Source: an uncultured Lachnospiraceae bacterium (GTDB taxonomy: Bacteria; Bacillota; Clostridia; Oscillospirales; CAG-272). Taken from it: a DNA stretch of 64,000 nucleotides. How positions within the stretch are numbered: position 1 is the first letter of the stretch; the number at the start of each line of letters is the position of its first letter. Below, in pieces: positions 1 to 9,305 of the stretch. The notes beneath the pieces were generated by a model. That model made no database searches. It was not told the DNA's origin and worked only from the letters and a program-made list of their open reading frames with translations. Made by a program: the position numbers and the translations under genes. The stretch spans positions 9,682-73,681 of the forward strand of contig CAZERM010000001.1 in the NCBI GenBank assembly GCA_964514555.1, read 5' to 3'.

Positions 1-312
1 AAGTTCATATCGTATCTCGTCATAGCTCATGGCTGACGAAAGCGCATATTCGCCCAAGGGAAAAGTCTTTCTTTCGCTTTTCAATCGGCAATATATCCTG
101 AAAAACAGCGGATATTTTATTATTCCGTCGCTTTTTAAAAGTTTTGCAACATCTTTCACGCTCATTTCATCGTAAAGAATAAATTCCTTTTTCTCACCCG
201 ATTTGCAAAGCGCAAAAGCATCGTTTGCCCCCGATATTATAACAGCGGACATCGCCGCCGATATCGCCAAAACGATAAAAATATATATCGCTGCTTTTTG
301 TCCTTTTTTCAT
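1..312 (-). CDS. mltG: Endolytic murein transglycosylase MltG/YceG-like protein, N-terminal part (gene runs off the left edge)
   Basis: Own translation of the minus strand from the ATG at 310-312 gives MKKGQKAAIYIFIVLAISAAMSAVIISGANDAF...VKDVAKLLKSDGIIKYPLFFRIYCRL...GEYALSSAMSYDEI. This is one N-terminal TM helix followed by a YceG-like pattern. The frame stays open to position 1, and the ORF is missing from the ORF track because no stop lies in the window. Confidence 0.65.
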   Translation of the reverse strand, partial: MKKGQKAAIYIFIVLAISAAMSAVIISGANDAFALCKSGEKKEFILYDEMSVKDVAKLLKSDGIIKYPLFFRIYCRLKSERKTFPLGEYALSSAMSYDEIRYEL

Positions 313-369
313 GTTCCGACACCGCCAAAATAAGTTTTTTCTTATTTTGCTCGATATCGTTGCTTTTTA

Positions 370-1299
370 TTATAAAAACAAAAATATAATGCCGAACACC
401 AAAAAGAGCAATGTATCCGCCAACAGCGGGATCGATGTAAACACATCATAAAGCATAAATGCAAGTTTGCTCTTGTCCACGGGAACTTGCGCCTCCTCGC
501 CTATCTCGGCATAGAAGCGAAGTACTCTTTCCGAAGAAGAAAGGAAAAAGAATGCACAAACGAGCATTATCGCTATCAATATGAGCCAGAAAAGTATATC
601 GCTGTCGGGGTTTGACGAAAAGAGCCAGATATACTTTTCCAAAAATATTTCAAATAAGTTATATATCATGTGTGCTATGACGGATGCCCAAAGCGAGCGC
701 GTCAAAAATACGAGCCACGCAAGCACGAGTCCGAGCACGAAATACACGGGTAACTGTCTCAGATCAAAATGGATGAACGCAAAAAAGAGCGCCGACATCA
801 ACATCGAAAAGAGAGAACCGCCCATGCGATATTCGCGCATGATGATTCCGCGAAAAACAAATTCTTCCGTTACCGCAGGAACTACCGCCAAGGCTATCAC
901 CATAAATATCCCCGAAACGAACGAGTCCGTTTTTACGGAGATACTGCTTCCGTAAAGCGAATATGCGGAAGCATCATATGCAAAATGAAAAAGCCCGAAT
1001 TTAAGCACGCATGAAAGCAATATCAAAAACAATGTGCCGAAGATAATAACAGGTATCGTTCTTTTCCTCGGTAAATGGAGATTGAGCGCCGAAAGATAGC
1101 CTCTTTGGCGAAAAGCGCAGAAAACTGCGGCAGGAACACCGAATATCGCCGCCTGCAAAGCTATCATTATAATATAAAATGATAGCTCGCTCATGTTTGA
1201 CAGGTCAAACAGCCTTAATATCAACACAAATACCGATATCACAAGCACCAAGAGCGGCGCGGCGAAAAACGGATGTGAAGCCGCCTTAGCTCTTTGCAT
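370..1299 (-). CDS. CPBP family intramembrane glutamic endopeptidase (CAAX protease-like)
   Basis: Polytopic 309-aa ORF carrying the three CPBP motifs EEFVFRG, FAFIHF and HMIYN. The ATG at 1297-1299 is preceded by GAGGA. Confidence 0.85.
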   Translation of the reverse strand: MQRAKAASHPFFAAPLLVLVISVFVLILRLFDLSNMSELSFYIIMIALQAAIFGVPAAVFCAFRQRGYLSALNLHLPRKRTIPVIIFGTLFLILLSCVLKFGLFHFAYDASAYSLYGSSISVKTDSFVSGIFMVIALAVVPAVTEEFVFRGIIMREYRMGGSLFSMLMSALFFAFIHFDLRQLPVYFVLGLVLAWLVFLTRSLWASVIAHMIYNLFEIFLEKYIWLFSSNPDSDILFWLILIAIMLVCAFFFLSSSERVLRFYAEIGEEAQVPVDKSKLAFMLYDVFTSIPLLADTLLFLVFGIIFLFL

Positions 1300-1882
1300 A
1301 GAGTCCTCGTTCGCTCATCATAACGTCAACAGTCAGGTCAAATCTGCCGTGCGGCACGGAATTAACTATAAAATCGCGGTAAGCCATGCCGACTTTTGTG
1401 CCGCGGAAGCCCGAAAGGTAACGGTCATAATATCCGCCGCCGTAACCTATGCGGTAGCCTTTTTTGTCGAATACGACAGCAGGAACGATGCAAACGACAT
1501 TTGCCGTTTCCGCCTGCTCGCGGTCAAATGCGGGAAGATCAGCCTTCGGTTCCATAATGTTATAAGAACCGGGTTCGAGCTGATCGAATGAAGTGATGAA
1601 ATGGAACACCATGGAGTGATCCTCGGGATTGCAGCGCGGAAAAGCTATCTTTTTGCCTGCCGCGATAGCAGCATCCGCTATGGGACGGATGTCTATCTCA
1701 TCTTCTTTGGGATAGAACATAAGTATTATATCCGCATATCTGAAGGTTGCGGAGCTTATCATGTTGCGGCATATCTTTTCGTTATTCTGTGCGCGCAATT
1801 CGGGGTCGAGAGAATGTCTTTTTTCAAGGTAATATTCTCTGATCTCAGTCTTGTGTTTTCTGATCTCGTACATATTAAGCAA
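1286..1882 (-). CDS. 5-formyltetrahydrofolate cyclo-ligase
   Basis: 198 aa with the C-terminal GYGGGYYDRYL signature and an overall MTHFS pattern. The start is ambiguous: TTG at 1882 (6 nt after AAAGG) or ATG at 1873. Confidence 0.85.
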   Translation of the reverse strand: MLNMYEIRKHKTEIREYYLEKRHSLDPELRAQNNEKICRNMISSATFRYADIILMFYPKEDEIDIRPIADAAIAAGKKIAFPRCNPEDHSMVFHFITSFDQLEPGSYNIMEPKADLPAFDREQAETANVVCIVPAVVFDKKGYRIGYGGGYYDRYLSGFRGTKVGMAYRDFIVNSVPHGRFDLTVDVMMSERGLYAKS

Positions 1883-2417
1883 AAACCGCCTTTCTTAATT
1901 CTTCTGCTTTTTCCTCGCCGTAAAGGCAAGCAACGAGCGTGAGCGCAAAATCCATTGCCGCACCCGCGCCGCATGAAGTTACGATATTTCCGTCGCGCAC
2001 AACTCGCTCGCCCGTGTAGACAGCACCGTCGAGATACTGTTCAAAGCCCGGGAAACAAGTTGCTTTTTTGCCGCGCAACATTCCCATCTTGCCGAGCACG
2101 GAGGGTGCGGCGCAGATAGCGGAAACAAATTTTCCGTCATCGTAAGCTTTTTTCACTATTGCTTTTACGCTCTCGTCCTTTTCAAGGTTGAGCGTACCGG
2201 GCATACCACCCGGAAGAACTACCATGTCAAGATCTTCGCCAATGCAATCTGCGGCGGAAGCATCCGCTGTGATCTTAACGCCGTGCGCGCAAACACATTC
2301 CGCTTTCGGAACGCCTGCGAAGATGACCTGTGCCCCTGCGCGGCGAAGCATATCAACAGGTGTGAGCACCTCTACTTCTTCCGTGCCGTCGGCGATAAAA
2401 ACAACAACCTTTTTCAT
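1875..2417 (-). CDS. DJ-1/PfpI family protein
   Basis: 180 aa. N-terminus MKKVVVFIADGTEEVE, nucleophile-elbow Cys in AICAAPSVL, ATG preceded by AAGGGA. Confidence 0.85.
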   Translation of the reverse strand: MKKVVVFIADGTEEVEVLTPVDMLRRAGAQVIFAGVPKAECVCAHGVKITADASAADCIGEDLDMVVLPGGMPGTLNLEKDESVKAIVKKAYDDGKFVSAICAAPSVLGKMGMLRGKKATCFPGFEQYLDGAVYTGERVVRDGNIVTSCGAGAAMDFALTLVACLYGEEKAEELRKAVFA

Positions 2418-2428
2418 GTTTTATCCCT

Positions 2429-3217
2429 TCATTTCGTTATAATATCATATTCGGGCTCGAACATCATGTTGAACATAAGCTCTTTGCCCTTAAATTCCTC
2501 ATTCAAAGCTTTGCACAAAGCTCTTACTTCGCGCTTGCCGCTGTCAACGAGCGTTCCGCGCTCCATTCTGTCCCATACGACGATATCGCCGTCGTAACGA
2601 GGAGAATAAACGATATATCCGTTCTTGGCTATGGCAAAATATTTTCCGTGTTCCTCCGCATAATAGAGCGTGTGGTTGAATATCTCCATATCCTTCATAA
2701 ACATATCGTGTGTTTTGGAATATACTTTCCAAAGCATATAAACGTCATCGAGCGGATTGTATTCGCGAAGCACTTCTCTGCTTGCGATATAAGGGAATCC
2801 GTTTTTAACCTTTTCCGTGTATCCGATGCCTTCGTACATAGCGAAAGCTTCCGCACATTCGGGAACGGCAAGGATAAATTCATAGCCGCGCTCTCGCATC
2901 ATCTCTTCGGCTTTTGCCAAAAGGAGAGAGAGAAGCTCGCCATCCTTGTATCCTTCTTTTACCCAAGCGGAGAATATATAGCCGCCGACATGGTTTTTGT
3001 CTTTTTCAGGGAAATATATCTCGGGGAAATTGACACTGCCCGCGATCTCGCCGTCGATAAACGCGGCAAGTGTGTTTTTGTGTCCCATCTCGATATAAAG
3101 GTCATCGTAAAATTCCTCGGCTTTGCCGAAAACTTCGCTCTGACATTTTATAAGTTCTTTAAATTCCGCTTCTGTTTCGGGCAAGCGGAAAACTGCCTTT
3201 TCTTTTATATTATTCAT
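2429..3217 (-). CDS. Hypothetical protein, possibly a GNAT-like acetyltransferase fold
   Basis: 262-aa ORF whose ATGA overlaps the tmk stop. It has only a weak GNAT-like segment (ELLSLLLAKAEEMMRERGYEFI). Confidence 0.4.
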   Translation of the reverse strand: MNNIKEKAVFRLPETEAEFKELIKCQSEVFGKAEEFYDDLYIEMGHKNTLAAFIDGEIAGSVNFPEIYFPEKDKNHVGGYIFSAWVKEGYKDGELLSLLLAKAEEMMRERGYEFILAVPECAEAFAMYEGIGYTEKVKNGFPYIASREVLREYNPLDDVYMLWKVYSKTHDMFMKDMEIFNHTLYYAEEHGKYFAIAKNGYIVYSPRYDGDIVVWDRMERGTLVDSGKREVRALCKALNEEFKGKELMFNMMFEPEYDIITK

Positions 3218-3903
3218 GATCTATCCGCCACATCAAGGAACATTGTTACTTTTTCCTGTATTTTTGCTTGAATCTCTTCTATCGACAAAAGCTCTTCGCC
3301 TTCGCAACACTGTATGCGTTCCCAGCCGAGCTTGTCCGTAGCGTAAAGAGCCGCTTTGTAGCAACGGTTGAGATATTCCGCATCGCTTTCGTGGATATCG
3401 AGTTTCTGTCCTGTTTCTTCGCTGCGTTTTCTTACACATTCGAGCGATATCTCGGGTTTGACCTCAAGATAGATAACGAGGTCGGGTTTGGGGAGCTTCA
3501 TCTTTTCAAATTCGAAATCATAAAGCCATGTGAGGTATTCGTCCCATTCATCGCGCTCTATCTTGGAGAGCTGATGGATGGCATTGGAGGTAGTATATCT
3601 GTTTGCGATTATGATATGCTCCTCACTTTCGTCGTTATAAAAGTTTTTCCAATCCTTGTTGTAGGAAGCAACGCGGTCAACTGCAAAAAATGCCGTCGCC
3701 GCATATGCATTCAAGCTGTCGGGGTCATCGCCGAACTCGCCGTCAAGATACATCTTAACAGGGCCTGATGCCATACTGGAGTAATTGGGGAAGGAGATAA
3801 TATGTGCTTTTCTTCCCTGAGAAAGAAGGTCTTCGTAAAGGCGCTTTGATTGCGTATCCTTTCCCGAACCGTCAAGTCCTTCTATTACAATAAGCTTGCC
3901 CAT
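3214..3903 (-). CDS. tmk: Thymidylate kinase family protein
   Basis: The P-loop N-terminus MGKLIVIEGLDGSGKDTQ is typical of dTMP kinases. 229 aa. Confidence 0.75.
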   Translation of the reverse strand: MGKLIVIEGLDGSGKDTQSKRLYEDLLSQGRKAHIISFPNYSSMASGPVKMYLDGEFGDDPDSLNAYAATAFFAVDRVASYNKDWKNFYNDESEEHIIIANRYTTSNAIHQLSKIERDEWDEYLTWLYDFEFEKMKLPKPDLVIYLEVKPEISLECVRKRSEETGQKLDIHESDAEYLNRCYKAALYATDKLGWERIQCCEGEELLSIEEIQAKIQEKVTMFLDVADRS

Positions 3904-3964
3904 ATTTATTTGCCTTTCTGTTTTATATTATATATATTTATGTTGTCATTCAAAGAGTTGATGT

Positions 3965-6900
3965 TTAAAATTCATCGTCGGAAGCGTTGTCGCTTATTCT
4001 GCCTGCGCCCGTGTCGTCGTTCATCATCATCTCAAGGTATTGTTCCTTGGATATGAGCACCTCGCGCGGTTTTTGACCTTCGGGTGCGCCGACTATACCG
4101 CGACGTTCCATCTCATCGATGAGTTTTGCGGCTCTTCCGTAGCCGAGCGAAAGCTTGCGCTGTATGAGAGAAGTGGAGATCTTGCCCGAATCTACCGCGA
4201 GCTTTATCGCGCTCTTAAGTTTGGGGTCTTCTTCCTCGTCTGCACTGCCGAAATCGTCGCCGATCTCGTGAGCCTTGCCCTTCTTACCGCAAAGTGCTGC
4301 TTCTTTTTCTATGCGTTCCATGATGGCGCGCGTGTTTTCAAGATGATCTTCCGCCTGTACGGAATGAGTTTTGATAAAATCTATGATGCTTTCAAGCTCT
4401 GCATCGGAAACGAAAGCCCCCTGCGCTCTCATGGGCTTCATGGAACCAACGGGAGCATAGAGCATATCACCGCGACCGATAAGCTTTTCGGCACCCGAGG
4501 AGTCGATGATCGTTCTGGAGTCCACCTGCGACATTACCGTGAATGCGATACGAGAGGGGACGTTTGCCTTGATAAGACCCGTGATAACATCAACGGACGG
4601 TCTCTGCGTACCGATGATAAGGTGCATACCTGCGGCACGCGCCTTCTGCGCTATACGGCAGATAGAAGTTTCAACTTCGTTTGCCGCCGTCATCATAAGG
4701 TCCGCAAGCTCATCTATAACGATGACGATCTGCGGCAATTTTTCCTTTGTCGGGTCATCCGCTATCGCTTCATTGTAGCCTGCAATATTTCTAACGCCTT
4801 GCGCTTCGATAAGGTCAAATCGACGTTCCATCTCCGTTACGCACCAATGGAGTGCGCCTGCCGCCTTTTTGGGGTCGAATACGACGGGAACGAGCAAGTG
4901 CGGTATGCCGTTATAGACATTGAGTTCGACTTTTTTCGGGTCGATAAGCACAAGCTTGACTTCCTCGGGAGTGGATTTATAGAGCAAACTTATAAGCATC
5001 GTGTTGATGCAAACGGATTTACCCGAACCTGTCGTACCTGCTATCATAAGGTGCGGCATCTTTGCTATATCGAGGTAAACAGGGTCGCCCGCAACGCTTC
5101 TGCCGAGCGCCGCCGTAAGTTTGCTTTTTGCTTCCGTAAATTTTGGGTCTTCCAAAAGCGTTCTGAGGTATACGGTCTCCGCTGTCTTGTTCGGAACCTC
5201 TATACCGATGGCGCTCTTGCCGGGGATGACGCCCTCTATACGGACACCGTTCGTTGCCAATGCATAAGAGATATCGTCAACGAGATTCATTATCTGGCGA
5301 ACTCTCGTGCCTGCTTCAAGCACTATCTCGTATCTTGTAACGGTGGGGCCGCTCGCAAAATCGCCTACATGAGCGCGAACATTGAAACTTTTGAGCGTTT
5401 CAACGAGTTTTTCCGCGTTCTGCTGAAGTTCCGCATCTTTGCCGCCCTCTGATTTTTCAGGTTCTTTTTTCAAAAGTTCCAACGGAGGAAAAACATAAGT
5501 GGGGCCTTTCGGCGCTTCTTCGGACTCTTCCTCGAGTGCTTCTTTCTCGGGTCCTTCCTCGAAAACAGCCATGGGCGCTTCCATCTGCTTGCGCGCATCG
5601 TTCATCGTGCGGCGAAGTTCATCTTCAAGCGTTTCATCAGGCTCTTCTTCGACAAATTCTTCGATGATCTCCTCTTCCTCATCTTCGGGAAGAGTTGCAG
5701 GAACGATATCTTCTGCTTCGTTGCCGATATCTTCGCTGTATTCCATATCCCAATCATCGTCGGAAACGATATCTTCCTTGATGGGTTCATCTATCGGCTC
5801 ATCAATATTTGCTTCATATTCTTCTTCGATACCGTCGATGGTCTCAAAACCGCTTGCAGTATCAAAAAAGCCTTCTTCTGTTTTGTCAAGATCATTTTCT
5901 TCAATATCTTCGATGTTTTCGATATCGTTGTCATCGCTGTCGATATCGTCGATGATCTCAATATTTTCGACCTCTTCGGTATTTGAAATATCCTCTTCTT
6001 CGGATATGTCAGTCGCGGCAGGTATCGTTTCGATGCTGTCTCTGGATATGCCCAGAGCATTCGCAACGCTCACCGTGCTTTCAAGCTTTTCTATACCGTC
6101 TGTTTTGTCGTCATGGTTGTAATATTCTCTTTCAAAAGAGAGTTCATGTGCAAGCTCGCTTTTTGCTTTGCCTGTTTTTTCTGCGAAAGCGTTTTCAAGG
6201 TAAGTGCTCTTTCGCATATATTCGGCAACGGATTCTCCGCGAAATTCCTTTTCCGTTACCTCCGCCTCTTTTACGGGAGCGCTTGATACGATAGGCTCTT
6301 TTTTTGGTTTGGGCTGAGGTCTTACTTCTTCCGTTTCGGGAGGAACGATATCGCTTTCGAATATCTCGTCTATATCGCCGTGATTTGTATTGACGAATGT
6401 GTCAAAACGAGATGTTTCCGTTGCGGCTCTTTTCGTTTTTGCGTTTGTTTTTGTATTTGCCGTATTGGCAAATGAACCCGAAAATTCCGCTGTTTCCTTT
6501 TTAACGGAAACTCTCTGCGCCGCTTCCTGTCTTGCGGCTTCTTTTTTTGCCGCTTCTCTTTGAGCGGCTTCTCTTTCCTGCTCCATCTTGGCTCTGCGAG
6601 CATTCTCTTCGGCGCGCGCTTTTCTGTTCTGCTGTCTCTGTTCGCAAAAACGGTGAAAATAGAAAGCAATTCTGTGCCAAAATACATCGGGTGTTATGCC
6701 GAAAAGGAAGATGCAAAATATGAGCATGAAAAGTATAGATATGATAAGCGTTCCGGGGATGCCGAAGCCCTTTATGAGCAATGCGCCGACAACGCCGCCG
6801 ATAACACCGCCGCCTACGAAATCTTTGCCGCAAGCGTAAAACTCTTGCACCTCGGTAAAGGGTACTCTTGCAAGCTCCTCGTTAAATATCGTGCTTATCG

Positions 6901-7501
6901 CGTGGAATATTATAGAGGCAAATATCATCACTGCAAAAGAGAAAAAGAATTTTATCCCCGCAGTTCCTCTTTCAAGGTCGCGCTTATAATATACCGTGCG
7001 TATGATGAGTAAGCAAGGCAAAAGTGCGGAGGAATACGAGAATATTCCGAACAATATGTTTCTGAGTCCGCCGCCTATAATGCCGCAGAATGAGGGAAAA
7101 ATGTAGCAAAGCGTTATAAATATCGCTATTGCGAGCATACTTAGCATCACGACCTGATATTTGGGCGCAGACGGATCTATCGGTTCCTTCGTCTTTGCTT
7201 TTTTTACGTTGGTCTTTTTTCTGCTCTTTTTGAAAGCAGGAACGTCTTCGTCGTCGTCAAGACCTTCGTAGATCTCATCGTAATCATAGACATCATATTT
7301 GGAATCGGAAGAGGTGCGCTTGCCGCTGTTGCTCTTGCTTGCGGCGCTTTTGGAAGCCGTGCTCTTTTTCGTGTTCTTGCTCGTGCTTGCATTGGCACTC
7401 TTGCTCTTGCCGGCAGCTGAACTTTTGCTTTTGCTTGCGCTTTTGGCTTTATTGGAAGCGTTTGCGCTGTCCGTTTTGATGTCTTTTTCTTTGTTAGCCA
7501 C
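3965..7501 (-). CDS. ftsK: DNA translocase FtsK/SpoIIIE
   Basis: C-terminal motor domain with Walker A GTTGSGKS and Walker B IVIVIDELADL, a gamma (winged-helix) tail, and 4-5 N-terminal TM helices. I place the start at GTG 7499-7501, 8 nt after AAAGGA. The ORF-track extension to 7570 would overlap uppP. Confidence 0.9.
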   Translation of the reverse strand: MANKEKDIKTDSANASNKAKSASKSKSSAAGKSKSANASTSKNTKKSTASKSAASKSNSGKRTSSDSKYDVYDYDEIYEGLDDDEDVPAFKKSRKKTNVKKAKTKEPIDPSAPKYQVVMLSMLAIAIFITLCYIFPSFCGIIGGGLRNILFGIFSYSSALLPCLLIIRTVYYKRDLERGTAGIKFFFSFAVMIFASIIFHAISTIFNEELARVPFTEVQEFYACGKDFVGGGVIGGVVGALLIKGFGIPGTLIISILFMLIFCIFLFGITPDVFWHRIAFYFHRFCEQRQQNRKARAEENARRAKMEQEREAAQREAAKKEAARQEAAQRVSVKKETAEFSGSFANTANTKTNAKTKRAATETSRFDTFVNTNHGDIDEIFESDIVPPETEEVRPQPKPKKEPIVSSAPVKEAEVTEKEFRGESVAEYMRKSTYLENAFAEKTGKAKSELAHELSFEREYYNHDDKTDGIEKLESTVSVANALGISRDSIETIPAATDISEEEDISNTEEVENIEIIDDIDSDDNDIENIEDIEENDLDKTEEGFFDTASGFETIDGIEEEYEANIDEPIDEPIKEDIVSDDDWDMEYSEDIGNEAEDIVPATLPEDEEEEIIEEFVEEEPDETLEDELRRTMNDARKQMEAPMAVFEEGPEKEALEEESEEAPKGPTYVFPPLELLKKEPEKSEGGKDAELQQNAEKLVETLKSFNVRAHVGDFASGPTVTRYEIVLEAGTRVRQIMNLVDDISYALATNGVRIEGVIPGKSAIGIEVPNKTAETVYLRTLLEDPKFTEAKSKLTAALGRSVAGDPVYLDIAKMPHLMIAGTTGSGKSVCINTMLISLLYKSTPEEVKLVLIDPKKVELNVYNGIPHLLVPVVFDPKKAAGALHWCVTEMERRFDLIEAQGVRNIAGYNEAIADDPTKEKLPQIVIVIDELADLMMTAANEVETSICRIAQKARAAGMHLIIGTQRPSVDVITGLIKANVPSRIAFTVMSQVDSRTIIDSSGAEKLIGRGDMLYAPVGSMKPMRAQGAFVSDAELESIIDFIKTHSVQAEDHLENTRAIMERIEKEAALCGKKGKAHEIGDDFGSADEEEDPKLKSAIKLAVDSGKISTSLIQRKLSLGYGRAAKLIDEMERRGIVGAPEGQKPREVLISKEQYLEMMMNDDTGAGRISDNASDDEF

Positions 7502-7530
7502 TTTTTTCGTCCTTTCTTCGTTTCTCCGCG

Positions 7531-8340
7531 TCAGCCAAACGCTATCGCAAGCGCTCCGATAAAAGCGCAATAATACGAAAAAACGCGGAAATTTGATCTT
7601 TCAGATATAAATAAAAGAAGTTTTATCGCCGCCATTCCCGAAAGGAAAGCCGCCGCCATGCCCACAAGATACGGCAAAGCATTTTCGGCGGATACTTTTG
7701 AAACAGCGGATATATTTGTTATGTTCGCACCTATCACCGCAGGGACGGAAAGAAGAAAAGAGAACCTCACCGCCTCGCCGTGCAAAAGCCCCATAAAGGA
7801 GCCTCCCGTTATGGTAGAACCCGAACGCGATATCCCGGGTAAAACAGCCAAAAGCTGAAATATACCTACGGCAAACGCGTCGCACCGTGTCATATCGGAG
7901 ATATTCCCCTTTCCCTTGAACCTTTCGCCGAGCAAAAGCATTATCGAATTTATCAAAAGCAAAGCGCCCGTGATCCTTGGGTAGTCGGAAAAAATTTCTA
8001 CCGTGTCCTTTATAAAAAATGCCGCGGCAAGCGGTATCGTGCCAAAGAAAAGGCAGACGACCGTGCGCTCCTCGGCAGAATATTCCGAAAGATGAAAGCG
8101 CCCCTTTAAAAGCTTTACGCAAAGGGATAAAAACGATGGAAAAAGAGATGATATATCCTTAAAATACACGATCAAAACCACGAAAAGTGTCGAAAGATGC
8201 AGAAGTATGTCGAAAGTGAGATCTTCTCCGTTGCCGCCGAAAAATGCGTGCAACAGCGCAAGATGACCAGAACTTGATATCGGCAAAAACTCCGCCGCTC
8301 CCTGCAATATCCCGGCAAGAAGCGCCTCTGTAACCGTCAT
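7531..8340 (-). CDS. uppP: Undecaprenyl-diphosphate phosphatase
   Basis: The N-terminus ILQGAAEFLPISSSGHL and the PGISRSGSTI motif are BacA/UppP signatures. 269 aa. Confidence 0.92.
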   Translation of the reverse strand: MTVTEALLAGILQGAAEFLPISSSGHLALLHAFFGGNGEDLTFDILLHLSTLFVVLIVYFKDISSLFPSFLSLCVKLLKGRFHLSEYSAEERTVVCLFFGTIPLAAAFFIKDTVEIFSDYPRITGALLLINSIMLLLGERFKGKGNISDMTRCDAFAVGIFQLLAVLPGISRSGSTITGGSFMGLLHGEAVRFSFLLSVPAVIGANITNISAVSKVSAENALPYLVGMAAAFLSGMAAIKLLLFISERSNFRVFSYYCAFIGALAIAFG

Positions 8341-8483
8341 ACGTAACTCCGTTCCGTTGTCGGTCCGACTCTCCGCAGTATAACAAAATAATTATAGCAC
8401 AGAATAACAGAAAAGACAACATTATTTGATTTAGATTTTTTTGATATTGTTAATTTTGATTATATGACGGGAGGCAATATAAA

Positions 8484-8870
8484 ATGACTTTAAACAAGCG
8501 GCAAACGTGCAAAAATGCCGTTTTTCTTGCGCTGGGAGGGCTTTTTTCAGGCATCGTAAACGGCGTTTTCGGCACGGGCGGAGGCATTATCACGATATTT
8601 ACTCTTTCGCTTATATTAAAAAACAAGACCGATAAAAAAGATATCTTCGCAATGACGCTTTTTGCGTGTTTTTTCATGTCCCTTTTTTCCGCTTTCTTAT
8701 ATGCAAACGAAGGCAGAGCGAGTATATCGGAAATACCGCCTTATGTTATACCTGCGCTTTTTGGCGGCACAGTCGGCGCCTTTCTTTTGGATAAGATAAA
8801 TTCAGCCCTGCTTTCAAAGATATTCGCCTTGCTCGTCATATACGCTGGCATAACGCTTTTTATGAGGTGA
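8484..8870 (+). CDS. TSUP (TauE/SafE) family half-size membrane protein, N-terminal-half homologue
   Basis: 128 aa, about 4 TM helices, a Gly-rich GIVNGVFGTGGGII motif, SD GGGAGG upstream. Confidence 0.7.
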   Translation: MTLNKRQTCKNAVFLALGGLFSGIVNGVFGTGGGIITIFTLSLILKNKTDKKDIFAMTLFACFFMSLFSAFLYANEGRASISEIPPYVIPALFGGTVGAFLLDKINSALLSKIFALLVIYAGITLFMR

Positions 8871-8874
8871 TATT

Positions 8875-9228
8875 ATGACTTTTTGGGATAATATAGTTGC
8901 GTTTTTAACGTCTGCGCTTGCCGCGATGGGTGTCGGAGGCGGCGGTCTTTTCGTGATATACCTGACATTGATAAAAAACACGGAACAGCTCACGGCGCAA
9001 GGAATAAACCTCTTTTTCTTTATTGTCGGCGCTTTTCCGGGGCTTATCGTCCACATTTTCAAAAGAAAGCTCAATTTTTTCGTCATAGCGTTGATTTCGG
9101 TGTTCGGTGTGCTCGGCGTATTCTTGGGCACATTCTTGCTTAACGATATGCCGACGGATATCGTCAGAAAAGCGTTCGGAACGATGCTTTTCATATCGGG
9201 CGCCATTTCTCTGTTAAAAAAGAAATAG
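8875..9228 (+). CDS. TSUP (TauE/SafE) family half-size membrane protein, C-terminal-half homologue
   Basis: 117 aa, about 4 TM helices, GVGGGGLFV motif. It has its own SD (GAGGTGA, overlapping the upstream stop) 4 nt before the ATG. Confidence 0.7.
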   Translation: MTFWDNIVAFLTSALAAMGVGGGGLFVIYLTLIKNTEQLTAQGINLFFFIVGAFPGLIVHIFKRKLNFFVIALISVFGVLGVFLGTFLLNDMPTDIVRKAFGTMLFISGAISLLKKK

Positions 9229-9305
9229 CTTTTTGCTTGCAAAATCATTTCGTATATGTTATATTTTTAATATAAACATTATTTCGTTTTACGAAGGGAT
9301 ATTTT

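Noticed and set aside
4040-5452. Long antisense ORFs opposite well-supported genes. Examples: 4040-5452 opposite ftsK, 12413-13666 opposite the LRR gene, 56273-57475 opposite ilvA, 60791-61888 opposite pyk, 38256-39125, 41909-42706, 42912-43724, 46763-47488, 48970-49674, 52372-53139, 20526-21290.
   Set aside because: Each lies entirely inside a gene with clear family motifs on the other strand. Their translations are Cys/Phe/Arg-rich, have no recognisable motifs and lack SD sequences. They are shadow ORFs typical of this codon usage.
5499-6122. Ser-rich 207-aa ORF, plus the Leu/Ala-rich ORF at 7299-7562.
   Set aside because: They are mirror images of the acidic linker and the Lys/Ser-rich tail of ftsK. 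The low-complexity sequence keeps the antisense frames open.
8860-8880. The split TSUP genes as a pseudogene created by a nonsense mutation.
   Set aside because: The second half has its own SD and ATG with ideal spacing, and both halves are intact 4-TM units. This remains to be checked against relatives.
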